A stretch of 64,000 bases of DNA from Oceanispirochaeta sp. (GTDB lineage Bacteria; Spirochaetota; Spirochaetia; DSM-2461). The notes under the pieces are model-generated. The model was not told the origin of the DNA. It worked only from the letters and a program-made list of their open reading frames with translations, and did no database searches. Positions 22,374 to 30,211 of this stretch are shown here, piece by piece. The DNA is taken from contig CAXXXD010000001.1 of assembly GCA_963663385.2 (NCBI GenBank), positions 1 through 64,000 of the forward strand. Direction: 5' to 3'. How positions within the stretch are numbered: the stretch's first letter is position 1; each line of letters begins with the position of its first letter. The translations under genes were made by a program, and so were the position numbers.

Positions 22374-23924
22374 TCAAATGAACACAGGTCCTTTATCAAC
22401 TGTAATATCTTCTTTTATATTCCAGGGTAAAAGAGCTTCCCAATCCTGTTCATTTTTAACTAAGGGAGCCATGGTAAACACAAAATATAGATAATCAAAG
22501 GGATTCAAATCGTTCTGTTTCGCGGTTTCAATCAGAGAATACATCCCGCAGGAACTGTCTGCCCCTTTGGGATTCCCGGAAAATAACCAGTTTTTCCTCC
22601 CCAGAACAAAAGGGCGGATAGCGTTTTCACTGGCATTATTATCCGGAGTCAGATAAGGACTTTCCAGATACCGAATCAAATAATCCCATTGATTCAATGC
22701 ATAGTGAACAGCCTTTCCTAAAGCACTCTCGGGTAGAACATTTTCAGATCGTTTATCCAGCCATCGTTTAAATGCATCAAGAATAGGTCCGGCCTTGCTT
22801 TTCCGTTGTTCCAGAAAATCTTCTAAAGATAATTTCTTGTTCCTTAGATCATTTTCCAAGGCATATAACTTCTTGATATGCTTGATCCCTTCCAGAGCAC
22901 TTTTAGATTTTTTACTGGCTTTATCAGCCTCAAAGAACTTCCTTCTGGCATGAGCAAAGCATCCAACCAGAGAAATATCCGGATTTCCCTCCACTGCAGT
23001 TTTGTACCCTTGATATCCATCGGTTTGGAGATACCCTTCAAAATCTGTGAGAAAATTCTTTGCATGTTCCGATGCCCGTGTCGGATGGTATTCGTAATAA
23101 ACAGCTGGCTGTCCCGGAGGACCGCCTCTGGCCAGCCACATATAGGATTTTTGTCCGTTATCCCGACCCGGTTCATTCAAAACCTGTACGGTTGTTTCAT
23201 CCATTTGAAGCACCGGACCGGATTTTAAGTGTGTTTTCAGTAGTTCAAAGAGCGGGAGAAGAGCTTCATAAGCCTTTTTCTGCCAATTACTCATGTTCTG
23301 ACGGCTAATCCGGGCTCCCATGCGCTCAAACCGCTTTTCCTGGCGGTAAAAAGGAAGATGATCCACATACTTATTTACCATCAAAAATGCCAGCAGACCA
23401 GGAGTGACAATCCCTTTGGGGATGATGGAAGGCTCCGGAGGGGCAATCTTTACAGCAGGAACATCTTCATCGGCGGTTCCTTCACAATTACCACAGGCAT
23501 ATTTAAACCGGATAATCCGCTCTACCCAGATACGAGGAGGGATTACATGCAGCTTCTCAGATATTTCTTCTCCGATCTTCTTCAGTTCCGTACCACAGGC
23601 ACAGGTTTTCTCATCCTCAGGAATATCTAGAATCTTTTCCTTACGGGGAAGGTTTTCATCCAGAGGTTTTCTTCCTGTTTTCTTACGCTTGTAAGAGGGG
23701 ATTTCCTGTTCTGCAGAAGTATCTTCCTCAGGTGTCTGTGATTCATCTGTATCAAATAATTCAATTTGTTCCGGAATATTTTCTGCTCTTCGGCCGAATT
23801 GCCTATGTAGAGCCAAAGCCAACTTTTCTTCAAGAAGCTGATATTTCTTTTCCCAGTTCTGGTTCTGAGCTTCAAGTTGTGAAATATACTCCTGGGCCTC
23901 TTTTGGAAGAGCTGCTTTATCCAT
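22374..23924 (-). CDS. tnpC: IS66 DDE transposase TnpC
   Basis: KYVDHLPFYRQ, DET, LQTDGY, CFAHARRKF and DNNASENAIRP...GRKNWLF motifs. Confidence 0.95.
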   Translation of the reverse strand: MDKAALPKEAQEYISQLEAQNQNWEKKYQLLEEKLALALHRQFGRRAENIPEQIELFDTDESQTPEEDTSAEQEIPSYKRKKTGRKPLDENLPRKEKILDIPEDEKTCACGTELKKIGEEISEKLHVIPPRIWVERIIRFKYACGNCEGTADEDVPAVKIAPPEPSIIPKGIVTPGLLAFLMVNKYVDHLPFYRQEKRFERMGARISRQNMSNWQKKAYEALLPLFELLKTHLKSGPVLQMDETTVQVLNEPGRDNGQKSYMWLARGGPPGQPAVYYEYHPTRASEHAKNFLTDFEGYLQTDGYQGYKTAVEGNPDISLVGCFAHARRKFFEADKASKKSKSALEGIKHIKKLYALENDLRNKKLSLEDFLEQRKSKAGPILDAFKRWLDKRSENVLPESALGKAVHYALNQWDYLIRYLESPYLTPDNNASENAIRPFVLGRKNWLFSGNPKGADSSCGMYSLIETAKQNDLNPFDYLYFVFTMAPLVKNEQDWEALLPWNIKEDITVDKGPVFI

Positions 23925-23965
23925 AAGAGAATTTTAGCAAAGACAGGAATTTGAGTAAATTCCTT

Positions 23966-24313
23966 TCAGGCAATTTCTGAATATTTCAATGTTTCGTGGG
24001 TTTTCCAGAAGTCTATACCCTTCAGAAGCATAGAGAGTTCTTCAAAACTGATGGCTCTGGCGGCTTCTTGCGTGTCTGGCCAGGGGAAACGGTGTTTTTC
24101 CAAACGCTTTTGCCAGAGGCAAAACCCTGTCTGATCCCAGTAGAGGGCTTTCAGAATACGTCTCTGTTTATTACAGAATAGGAAAAGAGAACCGCAAAAA
24201 GGATCAAGAGCCATCTCATCCTGAACTTCTACGGCCAAACCGTTTATGGCTTTCCGCATATCAGTAACACCGGGTCGGATGAATATCTTGATTTGAGAGA
24301 AATCCTTAATCAT
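23966..24313 (-). CDS. tnpB: IS66 accessory protein TnpB
   Basis: TDMRKAINGL...LFLFCNK...LYWD..GFCLWQKRLE motif. Confidence 0.95.
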   Translation of the reverse strand: MIKDFSQIKIFIRPGVTDMRKAINGLAVEVQDEMALDPFCGSLFLFCNKQRRILKALYWDQTGFCLWQKRLEKHRFPWPDTQEAARAISFEELSMLLKGIDFWKTHETLKYSEIA

Positions 24314-24647
24314 TGCACTGTTCCAGGGTCTGAAGTAGTTTCTTCAATGTCATTGTATCAAAATCCCGGTCCAGTATTATCCGGTAGGATTTCCATTGTA
24401 ATTCAATGGATGAGCCTGTGACTGTTTCCCTGGGTAGTTTAGCAGAAACTTCAACCAAATATTGTGGTTTCCGTTTGTATCGCTTCCTCCATCCATGGAA
24501 TGTTGTTGCTTTTAGGTTTTTATCCCGGCAGAATTGATTTACTGATTTGCCAGATAGTTCCCATTCTGCCAGAAGAGCATAGCGCTGATCCATTTTATAT
24601 TGTTTCAAGGAAGACCTCCTTGTGAGATTGTACTGGGAGGTCTTCAA
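24306..24647 (-). CDS. tnpA: IS66 accessory protein TnpA (HTH)
   Basis: W..SG.SV..FC.......TF.GWRKR motif; first gene of the IS66. Confidence 0.85.
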   Translation of the reverse strand: MKTSQYNLTRRSSLKQYKMDQRYALLAEWELSGKSVNQFCRDKNLKATTFHGWRKRYKRKPQYLVEVSAKLPRETVTGSSIELQWKSYRIILDRDFDTMTLKKLLQTLEQCND

Positions 24648-25157
24648 AATTATTAGATGCGGTTTATTTGACGGTTACAAATCACCAATCTTGCTTACAT
24701 GAATATTATATGTTTTCTGTTTTCAGTTTATAATGGTTTGAGATGTCTTCAAATATTGTCTTATCTATAATTCTCTGGATCTTTTGACTGTAAGATTCCT
24801 GACCTTCAAGAACAAAAGGGTAGTATCCTGAACCAGGATATTCCTTGAAATAACCTTTCAGTTTTTTTATTTCACCGATTTGGGATTCAAAGGAGGATCT
24901 ATTATTAATAATCTCCTTAGGTAGTTATGAAATTACTTATCACTAGAGTACACTCCAATAATCGTTTAGATATATTTGACTATACTCCAATATTAAGAGA
25001 TTTCAAGTCTATTCCGGGTAGACCAGCGGCAAAATTCTCCTCGATTCCAACAGTTTAAAATTAGCACACTGATCGCGCATGGCAAAGTAATCTTTATCCT
25101 TCTTCAGGTAGTGATTCGCTCCAGTAAGGCTGACTGCTGCATGCGTTTGTACCACCA

Positions 25158-26234
25158 TTATTTTTTCAGTAAATCATACAGAGAACGATTTACATATATT
25201 ATTTCCTTTCCCAAACGAAATGATTCTAAAACACCAATAGATTCCAACTCTTTTAAATATTTGCTTGCAGTTCTTCTTTCGGCGATTCCTGCCTCCACTA
25301 GATATGCGATCTTCGTATATGGTTGGATAAAGAGTAATTCAATTAATTCTTTTGAATAAATTGTTTTAGGTAATTTATCTTTACATTCCTCAATAGTCTC
25401 ATTCAGTAAGTTTATAATTGAAGAAATAATTTCATACGTTTCTTTTGATGTTTCTTCTACTGCTTTTAGCATATAGATTATCCAATCTTCCCATCCTTCA
25501 GTTTTGTGCATCTTTTGAAGCAATCGGTAGTACTGGTTTTTATTCTTTATGATATAAGAACTTAGAAATAATATAGGTGTGTCTAGTAATCCTTTCAGCA
25601 CAAGGTATAATACATTGATGATTCTACCTGTTCTTCTATTTCCATCATAAAATGGGTGGATTGATTCAAATTGGTAATGGATAATTGCCATTTTTATCAA
25701 ATAATCTGTTTCATCATCTGAATTAATGTATTTCTCAAGATTTGCTAGCAAATCTTTTATTACATCTTCATTGTCTGGGGGAGTATAGAGCACTTCTCCT
25801 GTAGTATCGTTAACTAAACTGGTTCCTGGCAATTTTCTTAAACCAGCCGAATTTTGTTCCAATTCTTCTTGAATCGACAGGATCGTATTTACTCGTAATA
25901 TGTCGCTTTTCTTAATTTCTGAATATCCTAACCATAAAGCTGATCTATAGCTAAGAACCTCTTTAGTCGCCGGATCTATTTTTTGTTCTTTTGCTACAAT
26001 CGCTTTATACAGATTGTCTTGTGTTGTAATAATATTTTCAATTTCAGAACTGGCCGATGCTTCCTTGAGAATAATAGAGCTTAATAATATTGAATCATTC
26101 GGAAGGAGCGAACAGTATCCTTTTAAACGGGCTAACTCCCTGTTGGCTGAAATAGCATGTTTTAATACGTTTTTAGACTCAATGTCGTGCTTAGGAGGAA
26201 GTTTAGGTAGATCATTATTTGGTATCTTACTCAT
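25158..26234 (-). CDS. Fic family protein (Fic_N + Fic + C-terminal wHTH, SoFic-like); integron cassette
   Basis: SSEIEN inhibitory helix; HPFYDGNRRTGR motif (G>R variant). The start is probably MSKIP at 26234. Confidence 0.9.
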   Translation of the reverse strand: MSKIPNNDLPKLPPKHDIESKNVLKHAISANRELARLKGYCSLLPNDSILLSSIILKEASASSEIENIITTQDNLYKAIVAKEQKIDPATKEVLSYRSALWLGYSEIKKSDILRVNTILSIQEELEQNSAGLRKLPGTSLVNDTTGEVLYTPPDNEDVIKDLLANLEKYINSDDETDYLIKMAIIHYQFESIHPFYDGNRRTGRIINVLYLVLKGLLDTPILFLSSYIIKNKNQYYRLLQKMHKTEGWEDWIIYMLKAVEETSKETYEIISSIINLLNETIEECKDKLPKTIYSKELIELLFIQPYTKIAYLVEAGIAERRTASKYLKELESIGVLESFRLGKEIIYVNRSLYDLLKK

Positions 26235-26243
26235 AACATGTTC

Positions 26244-26271
26244 ATTGTAACCCAATAAATGTACACGTCAA
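26244..26271 (-). promoter_or_regulatory. Putative sigma70 promoter inside the Fic cassette (TTGACG-16-TACAAT), possibly leaderless
   Basis: The -10 ends 9 nt before the ATG and no Shine-Dalgarno is visible. Confidence 0.55.
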
Positions 26272-26340
26272 TAGCTCATGTGCATATATTGATGATTTTT
26301 GCTCATAAACACTTACTCGTGTTCACGGTGTGTATATAAC

Positions 26341-26778
26341 GAGACTGTAGAAAAACTCAAACTGGGTATTTTCAAGGTTCCCCTGAAAGCACTCATTTGG
26401 AAAAATCATTCATCTCTTTGATTTCAATATTCAATCCGATTAAAACCGGCTATATTCAACTATAATTGGTTTATCCTACGCTATACCCATTCTTTAGCAC
26501 TTTTCCGTATTCCTACGCACTATACTGCTGGATTTTCCCGATATTACGCACCATACAGTACAACAACCACTGTGTCCGGACCTTTTCCGTACCCCGTAAA
26601 GTAAAGCGATTCAGCTTTTTCATTCCGGCAATATGTCCGAATACAGGTTCTACCGTACTCATCCGTTTTGCATAAACTGATCGTCCATAGGGCGTATCAA
26701 TTTTCTCCTTCATACCCTTTTATAGAATTTTACCATGAATTGGCTGAGAGCTGTTGAAAAGGTGACTTTTTCAGTCTC
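26341..26778 (-). mobile_element. Internally deleted IS1182 (438-bp non-autonomous derivative) inserted in an attC R' box
   Basis: Near-identical to both ends of 31788..33578, and flanked by a duplicated AAC. The right inverted repeat lacks 3 nt. Confidence 0.93.
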
Positions 26779-26884
26779 AACATTCTTTTAAGCTGCAACG
26801 CGTCAATTGGCGCAAAACTTGCCAAGCGAAGCGACCAGCAAGTTTCGTGACAATAGCGTTGACAGGTTGAAGCAGTTGTTAGGC
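26779..26884 (-). other. attC site of the DUF4386 cassette (R' interrupted by the IS1182 derivative)
   Basis: R'' GCCTAAC contains the gene's stop codon. Central palindrome ACGAAACTTGC...GCAAGTTTTGCG. Ends GAATGTT; the empty site restores GTTATAT. Confidence 0.85.
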
Positions 26885-27484
26885 AATCTTTCTTTTATTT
26901 TTTATCACATTTATTGGAAACCAAAATATTAAAAGAACTTCTCCAATAAATGTAATTATTGAAATTTCCAATGTACTATTTGGTTGTATAATTTTTACAA
27001 CAGTATCAAATATATAACCAAATCCAGAAATAAATACTAAAACACCTAAAATCTTGGAAATAAATTTCGATTTATAAATCAAATAAGCCAAAACAATCAA
27101 ATGTATTCCAAATACAATTAGGCCATAACTCCAAAGTATATTAAATTGTGAATATTTTAAATTTGGTTCGGTTTTACCTAAATATATATAGATTAGTATT
27201 AATAATAGATAAACTGCATAAACGATTCTTAGTATCATGCTAATTGTTGCTATTTCTTTGTTTACATTAATAAAAACATTTTTTAATGTATATCCAACTA
27301 ATATATCAAGTATAGCTACCAAGCAAAATAGTAACAAACCAAATCCAAGCATTGAATTAATATTTTGATTTGAATATTTTTCTAAAATATTTAGTCCCAA
27401 AGGAGCTATAACAGCCATAACTAATAAGTAAAATGATGATATAAGTTTGTTCTTATCCATTAATGAAAGTGTGATATTTTTCAT
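26879..27484 (-). CDS. DUF4386-like membrane protein; integron cassette
   Basis: About 6 TM segments; WSYGLIVFGIHL and IGEVLLIFW motifs; AGGAGG RBS; stop codon inside R''. Confidence 0.7.
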   Translation of the reverse strand: MKNITLSLMDKNKLISSFYLLVMAVIAPLGLNILEKYSNQNINSMLGFGLLLFCLVAILDILVGYTLKNVFINVNKEIATISMILRIVYAVYLLLILIYIYLGKTEPNLKYSQFNILWSYGLIVFGIHLIVLAYLIYKSKFISKILGVLVFISGFGYIFDTVVKIIQPNSTLEISIITFIGEVLLIFWFPINVIKNKRKIA

Positions 27485-27508
27485 TCTATCCTCCTACAAT
27501 TACTAACA

Positions 27509-28240
27509 CTAAAAACACTGAAATTCCGCTTCTTCCCTACCCCGACAATGAATTAACAGATCATCCGCATAGCGAGCAAAAACAAGCTGAGGATGCTCTC
27601 GATTCATCCATTCATCAAAAGCATAATGTAGAAACAGATTCGCCAGCAAAGGACTGATGACGCCACTCTGTGGCGTCCCCAGTTCTCTGTCAATGACATT
27701 TCCATCAGCATCCTCTGCGGGGGCCTTCAACCATCTTTCAACATATAGCACTACCCAGGCGGGCGGATTATGATGCCGCACCGCTTTCAGTAATAATTCA
27801 TGATTAATGGTATCAAAGAACCCTTTAATGTCCACATCGACAACCCAGTCATATTTCCAGCACCTCTTCCGAGTTATTGCCACAGCCAGATGGGCCGACT
27901 TCTTCGGTCTATACCCATAGGAATCAGGATGAAACAATGGTTCGAGAAGCGGTTCAGATACATTCTGGCCGTCATCTGAGCGACTCGATCAAGCACCGTC
28001 GGGATTCCCAATGGTCTTGTCCCACCGCTCTTTTTAGGGATGTCTACACACAGGACAGGTTTGGGAAAGTAACTTCCGGAAGACATACGATTTCAAAGGG
28101 CGTACAGGATATCACTCTCCCGATCTTTCATCCCCTCCAGAGTCATACCATCCACACCGGCAGGCTCCCTTCTTCCTTACCTGTTTGTACGCCTTCCAAA
28201 GCACTTGCTTTGAAATAGCAAACGGTTTTGTCTGTCCCAA
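27509..28240 (-). pseudogene. ltrA: Group II intron reverse transcriptase pseudogene
   Basis: RT motifs IPKKSGGTRPLGIPTVLDR, DSYGYRP, DIKGFFD, GTPQSG and YADD. Frameshifts near 28165 and 27955, an in-frame TGA at 28093-28095, and a C-terminal truncation. Confidence 0.9.
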
Positions 28241-28797
28241 TAATTCCTCCCGAATATATTCCGGTTGATTACCGGACCAGACTGAATATGTCAGCTCCTT
28301 CGCTCCAGTCTCATTACAAGACCTTCAACACTACTACGAGCTGATCCGTCCCTGTGCCGCGCATCGGTACTTTCTCGCTTCCAGTTCTTCTGTTACGCGA
28401 TTTTCCCTTAACATCACGACGACAGGTTCCCACGTTCCTCAATATCGCCTGTCTTTGGCTCGTGCCGCCTTTATACCGGAGACCGCATACGCACTTAATC
28501 AGGTTACGCCGCATACTTATTCATGACGCATGCAACGCCCGTCATTTTCGATCTCATCGTACAAACTTTCGATACCTCATCGACGGTTCACTTTCGTTCA
28601 CCTTCCAAAGACTCACCTGACAGGTTCAATTCCTGCTTTTTCCGTCAACGTTCACCACAAAGGCTCTTAACCGATGCAGCTTGCGGTGGTTTGAAACCTG
28701 CTCCTGAAAGCCGATTCCGAGGGGCCTACCCTCATCAATACTGTAGTTACGAAATTAACTCCATCTATAAGATTAAAGGTGCCCTCTCGTGGCACAC
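27509..28797 (-). mobile_element. Group II intron, RmInt1-like (bacterial class D), 3'-truncated, inserted in an attC left arm
   Basis: 5' end GTGTG at 28797. Domain I motifs GGAATCGGCTTTCAGGAGC and GAACGAAAGTGAACC. The RT breaks off just after YADD, so the maturase domain, DV and DVI are absent. Confidence 0.9.
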
Positions 28798-28817
28798 GTT
28801 GCATGGCATTGTTAAAT
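28798..28817 (-). other. Left arm of the ATPase-cassette attC (R'' ATTTAAC + AATGCCATGCAAC), cut by the intron
   Basis: R'' is the exact complement of this cassette's core GTTAAAT (30112..30106). The arm matches the other attC left arms. Confidence 0.85.
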
Positions 28818-28826
28818 AGCCTCCAG

Positions 28827-30038
28827 CTAATAGAGGAATCCGAATAGGTGTAATGGTATTTCATATTTCGATCCGTATAAAATATCATCTTTGACTATAA
28901 ACCCGTTTTCTGGATTTTCTTTCAGCTGTTTTCTATCTTTATTTTTTCCACCAATTTCAAATAAATTTCCATCTATTTCAAAATCACCGATTTTACTTAC
29001 ATGGATATTATATCCTGAGTTTTTAACCATATTAATAAAAAATATCTCTCGGATAGTTCCTATATGCGATTCAAACCCGATTTCATTTGATATTGAGGAA
29101 TATAGATCGGGGTTATCTAAATACATTTTTTCTGTTTGTTTTAGAATTTGGCTTCCAGCTTTATTCATTGATAATAAAGCGATGAGTCCTGTTTCCTGTA
29201 ATATTTCCAAATAATTCTGAACAGTCCTATTATCAAGTCCAATGTTCTTGGAAATACTATTTCGGTTTAGTTCTCCTGGTGGTATCGTTGCCATATAAGC
29301 CAGTATCCGTTTGAAATTGGATAGATTTTCTGTTTTTAATTTATAGTGGTTTGAGATGTCTTCAAATATTGTTTTGTCAATAATTCGCTGGATCTTTTGG
29401 CTATATGAACCCTGACCTTCCAGCACAAAAGGGTAGTATCCTGCACCAAGATACTCCTTGAAATAGCCTTTCAGTTTCTTAATTCCGCCGATTTTTGACT
29501 CAAAGGCAGATCTATCATTAATTATTTCTTTGAAAGAGATGGTTCCGGTATCAGCTATATCATTGAATAATAAATATTCTCGAAATGATAATCCCCCAAT
29601 TCTGTAAATTACACCTCTTCTTGATAGATCATATGTTCCTTTAATCAGATCTATACTGGAACTTCCTGAGAATATGATCTTTATATCCGGGTATGAATCA
29701 TAGAGATTTTTTAATTCCTGGTTCCAATTAGGGTATTTATGTATTTCATCCAGGAAGAAATATCTTACCCCATAATCCTCATACAGAGTATTTACAAATT
29801 CAAGTAATGTGTTTTGAGAAAAGTAAATATTGTCAATTGATGCATAGATGCATTCATCAATATTTGGAATTTGTTCTTTTATGTACTGAAGAAGTAATGT
29901 TGTTTTACCTGTACCTCTGGGACCAATTAATCCTGTTAGTCGATTATCTGTATTGAAATCAGAGTATATGTATCTATGGTGTGAATATTTAGTGTATTGT
30001 AGGAGTCTTTTATAGGTATTTATGAAATTGCTTATCAT
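28827..30038 (-). CDS. AAA_14 ATPase with C-terminal DUF4143-like domain; integron cassette
   Basis: Walker A GPRGTGKTT, Walker B FFLDEIH, SGSSS, LSRR and EIGGKNK. GGAG RBS before the ATG at 30038. Confidence 0.9.
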   Translation of the reverse strand: MISNFINTYKRLLQYTKYSHHRYIYSDFNTDNRLTGLIGPRGTGKTTLLLQYIKEQIPNIDECIYASIDNIYFSQNTLLEFVNTLYEDYGVRYFFLDEIHKYPNWNQELKNLYDSYPDIKIIFSGSSSIDLIKGTYDLSRRGVIYRIGGLSFREYLLFNDIADTGTISFKEIINDRSAFESKIGGIKKLKGYFKEYLGAGYYPFVLEGQGSYSQKIQRIIDKTIFEDISNHYKLKTENLSNFKRILAYMATIPPGELNRNSISKNIGLDNRTVQNYLEILQETGLIALLSMNKAGSQILKQTEKMYLDNPDLYSSISNEIGFESHIGTIREIFFINMVKNSGYNIHVSKIGDFEIDGNLFEIGGKNKDRKQLKENPENGFIVKDDILYGSKYEIPLHLFGFLY

Positions 30039-30073
30039 TTGAGTACACTCCAATAATTATTGCCATATTTTTG

Positions 30074-30101
30074 ATTGTACTCTATTTTTATAAAATATCA
30101 A
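30074..30101 (-). promoter_or_regulatory. Putative cassette-internal sigma70 promoter (TTGATA-16-TACAAT)
   Basis: An equivalent TTGAAA-16-TATAGT is kept in the decayed copy near 24980-25010. Confidence 0.55.
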
Positions 30102-30105
30102 GCCT

Positions 30106-30211
30106 ATTTAACGCCCAAATCAGCTGCAACTTTGTCCCGAAGGGTTGGCGTAGTTTTTGAGAAATCAAAAACTATGACAAAAAAGTTGTCAGTTGCATTT
30201 GATTGTTATGG
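30106..30211 (-). other. Intact attC site of the TerB_N cassette (106 bp)
   Basis: R'' CCATAAC contains the stop codon; ATGCAACTGACA arm; central TAGTTTTTGA/TCAAAAACTA hairpin; GTTGCAGCTGAT arm; R' GTTAAAT. Confidence 0.92.

Larger units (their letters stand above)
22367..24678 (-). mobile_element. IS66-family insertion sequence (complete, 2312 bp)
   Basis: Ends GTAAGCGTCAAATGAAC and GTAACCGTCAAATAAAC (reverse complement); 8-bp target duplication AAATCACC at 22359-22366 and 24679-24686; tnpA, tnpB and tnpC present. Confidence 0.97.
22235..25012 (-). pseudogene. Decayed copy of the AAA/DUF4143 ATPase cassette, split by IS66 and carrying two internal deletions
   Basis: By eye, 22240-22366 matches 28862-28988, 24687-24710 matches 28989-29012, 24713-24918 matches 29326-29531, and 24920-24962 matches 30014-30057. 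Confidence 0.85.

Noticed and set aside
27501..27525. Intact attC right arm ahead of the DUF4386 gene
   Set aside because: Only a GTTAGTA core-like heptamer remains and it does not pair with the left arm at 28798-28817. A deletion probably removed the rest.
27509..28240. RT as a retron, DGR or defence-associated RT
   Set aside because: The motifs and the upstream GTGTG/domain I RNA identify a group II intron, and the ORF is broken.
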